64,000 bases of DNA, from positions 26,046-90,045 of the forward strand of contig CAVUZY010000001.1 in NCBI GenBank assembly GCA_963746075.1, given 5' to 3'. Position 1 is the stretch's first letter. Every line of letters begins with the position of its first letter. The notes beneath the pieces were generated by a model, which ran no database searches, was not told the origin of the DNA, and worked only from the letters and a program-made list of their open reading frames with translations. This DNA is from an uncultured Chloroflexia bacterium (lineage in GTDB: Bacteria; Chloroflexota; Limnocylindria; Limnocylindrales; CSP1-4). The position numbers and the translations under genes are program-made. Shown piece after piece: positions 41,307 through 50,626 of the stretch.

Positions 41307-42115
41307 CGCGCAGCCGCGACCCGGGTCGTCTGGCCCGGCTGGAGCAGGCGGACGTCGAGCTCCGGCGCCAGACGGGCCGACCATTCGGCGAACCGGCTCG
41401 CGGGCTGGGTCAGGCGATCGCCGAAGAAGCGCTCGAGGCCCGGCGGGTAGAGCGTCCCCCAGTGGATCGGGACGGCGACGCGGGCACCGAGATCGCGGGC
41501 CACCGCGGCCGCCGCCTTCGGCGTCAGGTGGCCGGGGCCGACATGCGGCCCCCAGCTGCCGACCGGCAGCAGGGCGATGTCGACCCGAGCCGCGAACGTG
41601 CGCATCGCGCGGTACGGGGCCGTGTCGCCGGCGAAGTAGATCCCGGCGCCGTCCGGGCCCTCGATCAGGTAGCCGACCGTCGCGGCGCGCGATTCGAACG
41701 GCCAGCGCCAGTGACGGGCCGGGACCGCGGTGATCGTCCAGCCCGGGGCGGTCGCGATCGGCTCGCCGACCCCGACCTCGTGCGCCTCCAGCCCGAGCCG
41801 GCGGACCGCCCGGCCCATGCCGCGCGGGACGACGATCAGCGGCTTCCCGGCGAGGGCCCGGAGCGAGCGCCGGTCGAAGTGGTCGGGATGGGCGTGCGAG
41901 ACGAGGACCACGTCGATCGACCCGAGCATGCCGGCATCGGGGGACGGTCCATGGCGGCGGAGCGGACCGAGCCGGTCGCGCAGGAACGGGTCGGTCAGGA
42001 TCCGGAGACCGGGCAGCTCGAGCAGGACCGTGGCGTGGCCGAGGTAGCCGATGCCGATCGAGCCCGTGGCGGGGTCGTCTCCCTGCGCCGGCGACTCCCC
42101 CCTGGTGCCGTTCAC
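41201..42115 (-). CDS. MBL-fold metallo-hydrolase
   Basis: LGHATV, LTDP, SHAHPDHFD, PARH, YFAGDT, PIHWGT; 3' end overlaps MFS gene. Confidence 0.85.
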   Translation of the reverse strand: MNGTRGESPAQGDDPATGSIGIGYLGHATVLLELPGLRILTDPFLRDRLGPLRRHGPSPDAGMLGSIDVVLVSHAHPDHFDRRSLRALAGKPLIVVPRGMGRAVRRLGLEAHEVGVGEPIATAPGWTITAVPARHWRWPFESRAATVGYLIEGPDGAGIYFAGDTAPYRAMRTFAARVDIALLPVGSWGPHVGPGHLTPKAAAAVARDLGARVAVPIHWGTLYPPGLERFFGDRLTQPASRFAEWSARLAPELDVRLLQPGQTTRVAAARQSEPTPGPRPIASHDSSPPATNPAAATPKSTGSP

Positions 42116-42909
42116 CGCGCTGCGGCGACGGCCCGTTCGGCCAGCGAGCCGTGGCCGCCCACGATCGCGATCGGCTCGCCCGCGGAGCGCCAGCCGGCGA
42201 CGGCATGGCGCCAGCCGCGCCGCCGCTCCTCCTTGGCACGCGGCATCCGGAGCCAGGTCACGAGCCCGCCGACGATCGCTCCGAGCATCGACTCCGCCAG
42301 GTCTGCCATCGTGTCCTCGTACGTCAGGTTCATGCCGTCGGCCCCGGCCTTCTCCGCCAGCCACTCGGCCACCTCCCAGGCCGTCTCGCCGGCGATCGCC
42401 GCGCCGGTCCCGGCCATCGCCGCCTGCCACGGCTCGTCGGTCTGCGTCGCGAACAGCGAGCCGGCGACACCGCTGACGATCGCCGCGTTCAGGAAGTGGA
42501 CGACGTCGTCGAGGTGCGCCTCCTCGTACAGCCCGAGGGCGTTGCCGCCGGCATCGATCAGGAGCGGCACGCTGACGGCGAGGTCCAGCCCGCGCGGATA
42601 GCGGCCGCGGTCCGGCAGGAGGCGCCAGATGACGGGCACGATGAAGAGACCGGCGGTGTAGCCGATCGCCCGCGTCCGGATCGCCTTGCCGCGCAGTCGC
42701 GGCGAATCGGCGTTGAGGAAGCCGTCGATCGCGCAGGCGATCGTCGCCACCTTGGTCGCGACGATGGCGACCTCGAGCCCGCGGTCGAACCACGATGGCG
42801 GGCGGAACGCGAGACGCGCACCCGGCGCGTCGGGCCCATCCGGCGGAGGCGGCTCCACGGATGGGGTGGCGCTCGGGTCGCGCTCGGCGCTGGGGGTCTC
42901 GGTGGTCAC
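42112..42909 (-). CDS. Membrane protein, YjdF/DUF2238-like
   Basis: TM segments with D..VH, WE..E, DT..DL pattern. Confidence 0.65.
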   Translation of the reverse strand: MTTETPSAERDPSATPSVEPPPPDGPDAPGARLAFRPPSWFDRGLEVAIVATKVATIACAIDGFLNADSPRLRGKAIRTRAIGYTAGLFIVPVIWRLLPDRGRYPRGLDLAVSVPLLIDAGGNALGLYEEAHLDDVVHFLNAAIVSGVAGSLFATQTDEPWQAAMAGTGAAIAGETAWEVAEWLAEKAGADGMNLTYEDTMADLAESMLGAIVGGLVTWLRMPRAKEERRRGWRHAVAGWRSAGEPIAIVGGHGSLAERAVAAAR

Positions 42910-43075
42910 GAGCGAGGTTGTACCCGATCGAACGTCAGCGCGATGGCAGCGCCGGGCCATTCGGCATTGCAAACGAACGCCCAGCCCCGAATGGCGGCAC
43001 GAGCCGCGGCCCGGGAGATTGCATGTACCTGACAATCCACAGGCACGGTGGACAACTCCGCTCGGCTGGTTGGGC

Positions 43076-43930
43076 TCACCCGAACAGGTCGAACTCGCGG
43101 GGCATGATCGCGTCGCCGATCGAGCCTTCGCCGAGGAGCGGTCGAGCCCCGCGAACGACCGCGACCGGCCGCCCGGCGGACTTGCCCAGGGCCAGCTCGG
43201 CGGCCGACGCGATCTCGTCGGCCGAGGCGCGGATCGTCGACTTCATCACCCGGCCATCGGCATCGGGCGTGCCGCGGAGGTCCTCGATCGGGAGGAGCCC
43301 GGAGACGCCGATCGCGACGTCGGTGATGCCCCAGCGCCACGGTCGTCCGAACGAGTCCGAGACGATCACCGGGACATCGACGCCGAACCGTGCCCGGACC
43401 GCGGTCCGGATGGCGTCCGCCGACGCGTCCGGGTCGTGGGGGAGGAGCGTCACGATGTGGCCACTGGCGGGCCCGACGTTCGAGGCGTCGACGCCGCCAT
43501 TGGCGCAGATGAAGCCGTGCTCGGTCTCGGTGATGATCACGCCGCGCTCCATCCGCACGACCCGCGTTGCCTCGCGAAGCACGACCTCGACCTGGCGCGG
43601 ATCGCGATCCCAGCGCTCGGCGAAGGCGACCGCCTCCGGGCGCGGCTCGATCGCCTCGAGATCCACGACCGCGCCCTCGGCCTTCGAGACGACCTTCTGG
43701 GTGACGACGAGGACGTCGTCCGAGCGCAGCGGCAGGACCCCGGCCGTCGCCTCGATCGCGTCGCCGATCAGTCCCGCGAGATCGTCACCAGCCGCGACCT
43801 CGGGGATTCCCACGAGAGCGATCGCCTCGACCCGGCCGTCGTCAGCCGAGGGACCATCGGCAGCTTCTGGCTGCGATGCCTCCGCGCCGGGTGGGCGGGC
43901 CGGCGCTCCGGCGGGGATGTCAGCCGACAT
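43076..43930 (-). CDS. cofE: Coenzyme F420-0:L-glutamate ligase
   Basis: QKVVSKAEG, CANGGVDASN, DPDASA, DSFGRPWR.G, ADEIASAAEL..GK. Confidence 0.93.
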   Translation of the reverse strand: MSADIPAGAPARPPGAEASQPEAADGPSADDGRVEAIALVGIPEVAAGDDLAGLIGDAIEATAGVLPLRSDDVLVVTQKVVSKAEGAVVDLEAIEPRPEAVAFAERWDRDPRQVEVVLREATRVVRMERGVIITETEHGFICANGGVDASNVGPASGHIVTLLPHDPDASADAIRTAVRARFGVDVPVIVSDSFGRPWRWGITDVAIGVSGLLPIEDLRGTPDADGRVMKSTIRASADEIASAAELALGKSAGRPVAVVRGARPLLGEGSIGDAIMPREFDLFG

Positions 43931-44600
43931 CCACCGGCTCCGCCGGCGCGCTGGAGCGCAGGCTCGCATCGGCCAGGAGCAGGTCGTCGGGCGTGTCGAG
44001 ATCGAGCGACAGCGGTCCGCTGAGCTCCACCAGGTGGGCGTCGACGGCGGCTGCCGCGGCGCGGTGGGCGAAGGCGCTGTCGCCGCCGAAGCACAGGTCG
44101 ATCGCATCGGGCGGTGCGATCAGGAGGGCGTTCGTGCCCCGGCCGTGGCGGTCCGGCACCAGGGCGACCATCGGTCGGTCGGCCGCCCGGAGCGTCGCCG
44201 CGACGGCATCGATCGCGGCGGCCGTCACCTCCGGCAGGTCGATCGGCAGGATCAGGATCGCGTCGGCGCCGGCGGCCAGCGCCTCCCCCCGCGCGGCGGT
44301 CAGCCCGTGGTTGAGGCCGCGGTCGCGCTGCAGGATCGGGCGCGCGCCGAGCTCGGCCGCCATCGCGCGGATCGTGTCGTCGGGCGTGATGACGAAGACG
44401 TCATCGACGAGATCCGCCGCGACGGCAGCCGCGATCGTCGTCCGTGCCAGGCGCAGCGTGAGGTCGAGCCGCTCCTCGGCGTCGAGGACCGCGCCGAGAC
44501 GCGACTTCGCGCCATCGAGCGAGCCGACGGGAATGATCGCGATGAGTCGCGGCCGTTCGGCTCGGTCGCCGGCCTTCTGGTCGGGGGCGACGCTGGGCAT
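43920..44600 (-). CDS. cofC: 2-phospho-L-lactate/PEP guanylyltransferase
   Basis: AKSRL, GLN, DLP, PDR.G.GTNAL, FG..S...H, DLDTPDDL. Confidence 0.92.
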   Translation of the reverse strand: MPSVAPDQKAGDRAERPRLIAIIPVGSLDGAKSRLGAVLDAEERLDLTLRLARTTIAAAVAADLVDDVFVITPDDTIRAMAAELGARPILQRDRGLNHGLTAARGEALAAGADAILILPIDLPEVTAAAIDAVAATLRAADRPMVALVPDRHGRGTNALLIAPPDAIDLCFGGDSAFAHRAAAAAVDAHLVELSGPLSLDLDTPDDLLLADASLRSSAPAEPVDVG

Positions 44601-44620
44601 GGGCGAGATCGTAGGCGAGA

Positions 44621-45241
44621 TCAGGCGAACCCGAGAGCGGCCAGGATCGCGACGCTGCCGAACACGAGCAGCACCGCGCCGGAGATCCTGTTGATCCACA
44701 CGAGCACGCCGGCCGTGATCCGCTCGCGCAGCAGGCCGACGACCGCGGTCAGGACGACCCACCACAGGCTCGAGCCCAGGAACACGCCGAGCGTCAGCAC
44801 CGCGGCGTCGAGCCCGCCACCGCCGGCCAGCCCGAGCCCGGCGAAGATCCCGCCGAACGACAGGATCGTCATCGGGTTGGTCATCGTCAGGCCGTAGATC
44901 GACAGGAAGGCCGCCGTCAGGCCGGGCCGGTCGTCCGGGTCGGCCGCGATCGTGGCGGGTCGCGCCCGGATCGTCCGGATCGCGAGCCAGATCAGGAACG
45001 CCCCGCCGACGAGGGCGAGCGCCGTCCGGGCGCCGACGAGGATCGCCGTGATGGCCGTCAGGCCGAAGGCCGCGATCGCACCGTACGAGGCGTCGGCCGC
45101 GGCCACGCCGAGACCGGACACGAGCCCGTACACCCGGCCGTGGGCGAGCGTCCGGCGCATCGTGAGGAGGCTGATCGGGCCGACCGCCGCCGCGACGGTG
45201 AACCCGACGACGAGACCGCGGGCAAGGAATGTGGGATCCAT
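44621..45241 (-). CDS. LysE family translocator
   Basis: AAAVGPI, G..SGLG.A.AD, LT..NPMTI, GS.LWW, INRISG. Confidence 0.92.
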   Translation of the reverse strand: MDPTFLARGLVVGFTVAAAVGPISLLTMRRTLAHGRVYGLVSGLGVAAADASYGAIAAFGLTAITAILVGARTALALVGGAFLIWLAIRTIRARPATIAADPDDRPGLTAAFLSIYGLTMTNPMTILSFGGIFAGLGLAGGGGLDAAVLTLGVFLGSSLWWVVLTAVVGLLRERITAGVLVWINRISGAVLLVFGSVAILAALGFA

Positions 45242-45292
45242 GGTGCTGCTCCGTGGCTGGTGCCAACGGCCGGCATGGGGCTCCGTGACAGC

Positions 45293-45320
45293 GAAACGCC
45301 CCCGGCACGGCCGAGGGCGG
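45293..45320 (-). terminator. Attenuator terminator hairpin in lysE leader
   Basis: Minus strand CGCCCTCGGC-CGT-GCCGGGGGCG-TTTC (10-bp stem, one G-U). Confidence 0.7.
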
Positions 45321-45352
45321 TGGTGATCGATGGCACCCGATCGGGCGCGTCG

Positions 45353-45427
45353 TCAGGCCAGGCCGACCCTCGTCGAGGGCTGCTGCTGGCTCCGGGCGGC
45401 GCGGACGGCGATGACGGGACGATGCAT
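45353..45427 (-). CDS. Putative leaderless leader peptide MHRPVIAVRAARSQQQPSTRVGLA
   Basis: ATG 7 nt after -10 box; CAG-CAG-CAG immediately before a hairpin; stop 33 nt before terminator. Confidence 0.65.
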   Translation of the reverse strand: MHRPVIAVRAARSQQQPSTRVGLA

Positions 45428-45434
45428 CGCGCGC

Positions 45435-45463
45435 ATCGTGCGCGACGGGCGATACGCTGTCAA
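45435..45463 (-). promoter_or_regulatory. Sigma70-type promoter of lysE leader
   Basis: TTGACA-N17-CACGAT on minus strand. Confidence 0.75.
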
Positions 45464-45485
45464 CGCACGCTTCAGGAGCCAGCCG

Positions 45486-46232
45486 ATGCACGAGCCATCC
45501 AGCATCCCGGCGGAGCACGCCGCCGCGCGAGCGCCCCAGGCCCCACCGCCCGCGCACGGCGGGACGGGTCTCGACGATCCGCGCGCGCTGCAGATCCTCT
45601 CGACCGAGCACTGGAGCCTGCTTGCGACCCGGTCCCTGAGCTGGGGCGAGTCGTTCAGTCGGGCCGGGCTCTTCCTGTCCGTGGTGTCGGCCACGGCCGT
45701 CGCCCTGGCGCTCGTCGGGCAGGCCACCGACTTCGGGGATCGATTCGTCGCGTTCGCATTGGTGATGCTGCCGATCGACCTGTTCGTCGGCCTGGCGACG
45801 TTCACCAGGCTCGACGAGGTGAACGCGGAGGACACGGTGTGGGTGAACGGGATGAACCGGATCCGGCACGCGTACCTCGAGATCAACCCGAGCCTCGCCC
45901 CGTACTTCATCACCGGCTCGACCGATGATGTCGCCGGCCTCCAGCGCACGATCGGCATGCATCGACCCGGGAGCCCGGTGGCGCATTGGATCGTGACGAT
46001 GCCCGGGATGATCGCGGTGATCAACGGCGTGCTTGCGGGGCTGATCGTCGGCCTGGCGATCAACACGGTCGTCCGGATGGCGATGGAGGGGGCGATCGTC
46101 GCCGGGGTCGTCGCCGGGGTCGCGGTCTCGGTGATCCTCGCGGTTCGCTCGCGCAGCTCCTATGCCTGGCTCCTCGGCGCGCAGCGGCCGAACTTCCCGT
46201 CCGACCCGGAGGCGCCCGGCCAGGCGCGCTAG
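45486..46232 (+). CDS. Hypothetical 4-TM membrane protein
   Basis: AGGAG SD; ILSTEHWSLLATRS...R..LFL, two TM hairpins, MNRIRHAY. Confidence 0.8.
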   Translation: MHEPSSIPAEHAAARAPQAPPPAHGGTGLDDPRALQILSTEHWSLLATRSLSWGESFSRAGLFLSVVSATAVALALVGQATDFGDRFVAFALVMLPIDLFVGLATFTRLDEVNAEDTVWVNGMNRIRHAYLEINPSLAPYFITGSTDDVAGLQRTIGMHRPGSPVAHWIVTMPGMIAVINGVLAGLIVGLAINTVVRMAMEGAIVAGVVAGVAVSVILAVRSRSSYAWLLGAQRPNFPSDPEAPGQAR

Positions 46233-47233
46233 TCGACGGCCGCCAGGACCTCGCGGGCGAGCCGGGCGCGTGAGGCGTCGCCGGTCATGATCGTGTCGGT
46301 CACGATCGGGCGGATGCCGAGGGCCTCGACCGCGGCCGCGTGGGCCGCGTCGACGGTGTCCAGAACGAACGTGTCGATGAGCCCGGCGTAGCCGCGCACC
46401 ACGCCGAGCGCGCTCGACTCGTGGCCGAGTGAGGCGAGCATCCGGTCGGCCGGTCCTTTCAGTGCCTTGCCGCCGATGATCCCGCTGACCCCGACGATCC
46501 GCGCCCCGCGTGCCCGGGCGGCCGCGAGGAGGTCGCGCATGCCGGGCAGCGCGAGGATCGGCCCGACCGACACGATCGGGTTCGAGGGGGCGATGACGAC
46601 GACCTCGGCGGCCTCGACCGCGGCGATCACCTCCGGGGTTGGACGGGCAGCGTCGATGCCGGCGAAGCGGACCTCGCGGACCTCGGGCGCCTGGCGGAGC
46701 CGGACGAAGTAGTCCTGGAAGTCGAGCCAGCCGTCGTCGGTCCGGACCTGGGTCCGGACGGGCTCGTCGGACATGGGCAGGATCGTGGCCGCGAGCTCGA
46801 GCGATCGCTGGAGGCCGGCCAGCACATCGGTCAGGCGCTCGCCGCGACGAAGGCGGTCGGTTCGGACGATATGGGTGGCGAGGTCCAGGTCGCCGAGGCG
46901 GAACCAGCTCTCCTCGCCATACCGCTCCAGCGCGCCCATCGTCGTCCAGCTGTCGCCGGCCAGCCCCCAGCCGAGCTCCGGGTTCTCGATGCCGGCCAGG
47001 GTGTACAGGACGGTGTCGTGATCCGGGCAGACGAGCAGGCCGTGCCGCTCGGTGTCGTCGGCGGTGTTGACGACGACCGTCAGGCGGTCGCCGACGACGG
47101 CCTGGAGCCCCTCGGCGAGCTTCGCCCCACCGACGCCGCCGGCGAGCTCGACGACACGCGGCCGACCGGCGCCGGAGCCGTCCGCGGCCGAGCCGTCCGC
47201 GGCCGAGCCGTCAGCGGCCGAGCCGTCAGCCAC
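46229..47233 (-). CDS. cofD: 2-phospho-L-lactate transferase
   Basis: LAGGVGGAKL, VNTADD, CPD.DT..YTLAG, WFRLGD.DLATH, PSNP.VS, KGPA. Confidence 0.95.
   Translation of the reverse strand: MADGSAADGSAADGSAADGSGAGRPRVVELAGGVGGAKLAEGLQAVVGDRLTVVVNTADDTERHGLLVCPDHDTVLYTLAGIENPELGWGLAGDSWTTMGALERYGEESWFRLGDLDLATHIVRTDRLRRGERLTDVLAGLQRSLELAATILPMSDEPVRTQVRTDDGWLDFQDYFVRLRQAPEVREVRFAGIDAARPTPEVIAAVEAAEVVVIAPSNPIVSVGPILALPGMRDLLAAARARGARIVGVSGIIGGKALKGPADRMLASLGHESSALGVVRGYAGLIDTFVLDTVDAAHAAAVEALGIRPIVTDTIMTGDASRARLAREVLAAVD
47175..47230. repeat. 15-bp tandem repeat (~3.7 copies) encoding ADGSA at CofD N-terminus
   Basis: GAGCCGTC(C/A)GCGGCC units. Confidence 0.9.
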
Positions 47234-48155
47234 CGAGGAGAGCCTGGACCTCGGACATCCGATCGATCGTCTCGCGGTCGTACGGCGCCGGCAGGCGGAC
47301 GATCACGGTCGAGAAGCCGAGATCTCGGTACGGGGCGAGGGCCGCGGCGACGTCGTCCGGCGGGCCGGCCAGGTGCGGCTCCGGGCCCATGTTCGCGATG
47401 CCGTTCACGGCGAACCGCTCGTCGGCGGCGGCCCGGGCGGCTTCGACGGTGTCGCGCAGGACGATCGGGAAGCTGATCGTCAGCTCGATGTCGGAGCGGT
47501 CGCGCCCCACGGCGGCGCAATGCTCGTCGAGCGTCGCGAGCTTCGCTGCGACCTCGTCGAGCTCCCCCAAGGTGTTCCAGGCATCGGCCCGCTCAGCCAC
47601 GGTCCGGAGCGTCTTCTTCGGGCCGGAGCCACCGATGAGGATCGGCAGATGGGCCTGGACGGGACGGGGCTCGCACAGGGCGTCACGGAACGTGTAGAAG
47701 CGGCCGTCGTGCGAGAACCGCTCGCCGTCGAGGAGCCGGCGGAGGAGCATGACCAATTCGTCGAGCCGGTCGAGCCGCTCGCCGAATCCGCTGCCCCAGG
47801 TGTCGTCGAAGCCGAATGCGTCGTGCTCCCGCTCGAACCACGCCCCGCCGATGCCGAGGACGGCCCGGCCGCCGCTGACGTGGTCGAGCGTCGTCGCCAG
47901 CTTGGCGGTCAGGCCCGGGTTGCGGAACGTGTTGGCGCCGACCATCAGCCCGAGGCGGACCTTCGTCGTGATCGGACCGAGCGCCGCCAGCGTCGTCCAG
48001 CCCTCGAGGATCGGCTGCTCCCACGGTCCGAAGATCGCAAGCAGGTGATCCCACGTCCACACGGAATCCCAGCCCGCTTGCTCGGCGGCGATGGCGGCGT
48101 CGCGGAAGTCGGGCCACGAGGTGTGCTGAGACCAGAGCTGGGCCCCGAACCGCAT
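47226..48155 (-). CDS. LLM-class (probably F420-dependent) oxidoreductase
   Basis: WTWDH, EGWTTLAAL, FRNPGL.AK...TLDH.SGGR..LGIG..W, ILIGGSG. Confidence 0.9.
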   Translation of the reverse strand: MRFGAQLWSQHTSWPDFRDAAIAAEQAGWDSVWTWDHLLAIFGPWEQPILEGWTTLAALGPITTKVRLGLMVGANTFRNPGLTAKLATTLDHVSGGRAVLGIGGAWFEREHDAFGFDDTWGSGFGERLDRLDELVMLLRRLLDGERFSHDGRFYTFRDALCEPRPVQAHLPILIGGSGPKKTLRTVAERADAWNTLGELDEVAAKLATLDEHCAAVGRDRSDIELTISFPIVLRDTVEAARAAADERFAVNGIANMGPEPHLAGPPDDVAAALAPYRDLGFSTVIVRLPAPYDRETIDRMSEVQALLGG

Positions 48156-48168
48156 CGTCATGCACCCA

Positions 48169-49095
48169 TCATCCGGCATCGCGTCCCGTTGAACCGGAAC
48201 CTCCGGACGCGTGACGCGGCTGCCACTCGTGGAGGCGATACGTCCGCAGGGTCCGGAAGCCGATCCGCTCGTAGACGCCGCGCCCGATCGCCGACGCCTG
48301 GAGGGTCGCGATCCGGAATCCGTGATCGCGAGCGACGTGGAGCACGTGCCGGGTGATCGCGTCGCCGTAGCCTCGACGGCGGGCGTCCTCGGCCGTGATG
48401 ACCGTGTAGATGCCGGCCACGCCCGCCGCGGCATGGAGCCGGGTCGTCGTCACCGGGCGACCATCGACCGTTCCGAGCCAGCGCGTCGGCAGCCCGATCG
48501 GCTCCAGGAAGCCGGTTTCGACCGCGGTTCGCGTCGTGGCTGCGGCAACGGCCGCGCTGATCGCGCCGCCCGCGCCGTCGTCGGGCAGGCCCTGGACGAG
48601 GACGGCGTGAAACGAATCCAGCGCGGCCACGTCGAGGACGGGCACCACGGTGAGCTCCGGCGGGGGCGGAGCATCGGCCGGGGCGGCGAGGTCGGCGAGG
48701 TCCATGGCCATGCCCGGCAAATCGGTCAGAAAGCCCACGCCGCGGCGGTTGAGCCGGTCGCTCAGGTCCGGGGGCTGGTCGTCCTCACCGACCCACCACA
48801 GGAACGGCCGCCCCTCGTAGAACGCGATCGTGTCGTCGATCCGCCGATCCGCCGCCGCGCCCGGCCCGAATCGCGTCTCGATCACCGCATTCACGTCCGC
48901 CGCCGGGATGTCGCAGCGGACCGCGGTGATGTCTGTGCGCAGGACGCGCTCGCCGGCGATCGTCCGGCGGCGGGTCGCCGAGCGGACGAGGTCGTCGTGG
49001 ATCGCCGCCCGGAGGCCCTCGAGCGAGGTGTCGGTGCGCGGTTGCGCGGCGACGGCCGGCTCGATCCCGGACGCGAGGTTCGGATCGGCGGCCAC
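48169..49095 (-). CDS. GNAT family N-acetyltransferase
   Basis: AGIY.V.T...ARRRGYG, LQAS..G..VYERIGF. Confidence 0.85.
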   Translation of the reverse strand: MAADPNLASGIEPAVAAQPRTDTSLEGLRAAIHDDLVRSATRRRTIAGERVLRTDITAVRCDIPAADVNAVIETRFGPGAAADRRIDDTIAFYEGRPFLWWVGEDDQPPDLSDRLNRRGVGFLTDLPGMAMDLADLAAPADAPPPPELTVVPVLDVAALDSFHAVLVQGLPDDGAGGAISAAVAAATTRTAVETGFLEPIGLPTRWLGTVDGRPVTTTRLHAAAGVAGIYTVITAEDARRRGYGDAITRHVLHVARDHGFRIATLQASAIGRGVYERIGFRTLRTYRLHEWQPRHASGGSGSTGRDAG

Positions 49096-49107
49096 CCTGT
49101 CGCCGGC

Positions 49108-50103
49108 TCAGGCGGTGAGCTTCGGCAGGACCTCGCGACCGAAGGTCTCGATCCACTCGGTCTGGTTGCGTCCGACGTTGTGGAGGTAGATCTGGTCGAA
49201 GCCGAGGTCGAGGAATCGCTGGATCTGGGCGCGGTGCTGGTCGGGATCCGAGGAGATGAGCATCCGGCCCTCGAAGTCCTCGGGCCGGACGAGCTTGGCC
49301 ATCTGCTCGAAGTCGAGCGGGCTCCGGATGTCCTGCTTGGGGAACTTCATCCCGCCGTTCGGCCATTCGAGGATCGCGTTGGCCATCGCCTCCTCGTCGG
49401 TCGGTGCCCACGACAGGTGGAGCTGGAGGATGTAGCGGAAGTCGTCGGGGTCCTTGCCCGCGTCGCGGCAGCCCTCTTCGCACTTCGCTCGGATCATCTC
49501 GAGCTTCGACTCGGGCGCCCCGACCGTGATCAGCCCATCGGCGTACTGGCCGGTCTTCTTGGCCGTGACCGGTCCGGCGGTCGCGATATAGATCGGCGGC
49601 GCGACCTCCGGCATCGTCCAGAGCCGGGTCGACTCGAGCTTGAAGAATTTGCCCTCGTGCTTGACGTCCTTGTCGGGACTGCCGAAGAGCTTCTTGATGA
49701 TCTCGATCGCCTCGAACATCCGGGCGATCCGCTCGGGTGTCTCGGGCCAATAGCCAGCGACGATGTGCTCGTTCAGCGCCTCGCCGCTGCCCAGGCCAAG
49801 CCAGTGCCGGCCCGGATACATCGCGGCCAGCGTGGCCGACGCCTGGGCGATGATCGCCGGGTGCATCCGGAACGACGGACACGCGACGCCGGGCCCGACG
49901 TCACCGGTCGTGCGCTCGCCGATCGCGGTCATGACGTTCCAGACGAACGCGGCCTCGCCCTGCTGGGGCACCCACGGCTGGAAGTGGTCCGCGGCCATGA
50001 CGCCGGTGAAGCCGTGCTGCTCGGCGTCGGCGGAGTAGCCGACGACCTCCTGCGGCCCGAACTGCTCGAGCATGGCCGCGTAGCCGATCTTGGGGGTCGC
50101 CAT
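49108..50103 (-). CDS. F420-dependent LLM oxidoreductase, G6PDH(Fgd)-like subfamily
   Basis: EQF.P, DHFQPW, HPAIIAQA.ATL, LGLGSGEALNEH. Confidence 0.9.
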   Translation of the reverse strand: MATPKIGYAAMLEQFGPQEVVGYSADAEQHGFTGVMAADHFQPWVPQQGEAAFVWNVMTAIGERTTGDVGPGVACPSFRMHPAIIAQASATLAAMYPGRHWLGLGSGEALNEHIVAGYWPETPERIARMFEAIEIIKKLFGSPDKDVKHEGKFFKLESTRLWTMPEVAPPIYIATAGPVTAKKTGQYADGLITVGAPESKLEMIRAKCEEGCRDAGKDPDDFRYILQLHLSWAPTDEEAMANAILEWPNGGMKFPKQDIRSPLDFEQMAKLVRPEDFEGRMLISSDPDQHRAQIQRFLDLGFDQIYLHNVGRNQTEWIETFGREVLPKLTA

Positions 50104-50110
50104 GGGTCGG

Positions 50111-50569
50111 TCAGTCCTCCAGGTGGTCGTAGATGCCATCGACGGCGATCCGGAACGTGATCCGCGGTTGACTCCGAAATGCGGCGACGCTGCTCGCCGT
50201 CGGCTCCGCGCGATAGCGGTGGGCAAGGGCGACGATGTCGTCGCGGGCGCGCTCGAGGTCGTCGTCGATCTCGTCGACCCGGCCGGTCAGACCGAGCCAG
50301 CGCTCCCCTTCGTCGGTGTCCGTGATCGCCAGGGACGCCCGGCCGTCGCGCCGGAGATTGGCCGGCCAGCGCCGGCCAGCGCGGCTGTTCACGAGGATCC
50401 GGCCGTCCGGTTCCAGGCGGTACCAGATCACGGCCTGGCGTGGGGACCCGTCCGGGTCGATGGTCGCGAGCGCAGCGAACAGGGGTCGCTCGAGGTAGGC
50501 GCGCTGGCGGTCGTCGAGCGTGGCGGCGGGACGCGCCGCGATGGTGGGGGAGGGGTGGGCAGGCTCCAT
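50111..50569 (-). CDS. PPOX-class F420-dependent oxidoreductase
   Basis: LATIDPDGSP...W, NLRRDGRASL, L..RY. Confidence 0.85.
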   Translation of the reverse strand: MEPAHPSPTIAARPAATLDDRQRAYLERPLFAALATIDPDGSPRQAVIWYRLEPDGRILVNSRAGRRWPANLRRDGRASLAITDTDEGERWLGLTGRVDEIDDDLERARDDIVALAHRYRAEPTASSVAAFRSQPRITFRIAVDGIYDHLED

Positions 50570-50626
50570 CGCTCGATGGTACGCGAGGCGACGGAAGGCA
50601 GCCGGATGCTGCCCCAGCGAGCCGCG

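Noticed and set aside
39993-42601. Very long ORFs 40019..42601 (+) and 39993..42239 (-), and similar ones such as 48211..50160 and 61832..63643
   Set aside because: Arg/Pro/Gly-rich shadow frames of real genes, expected at this GC content
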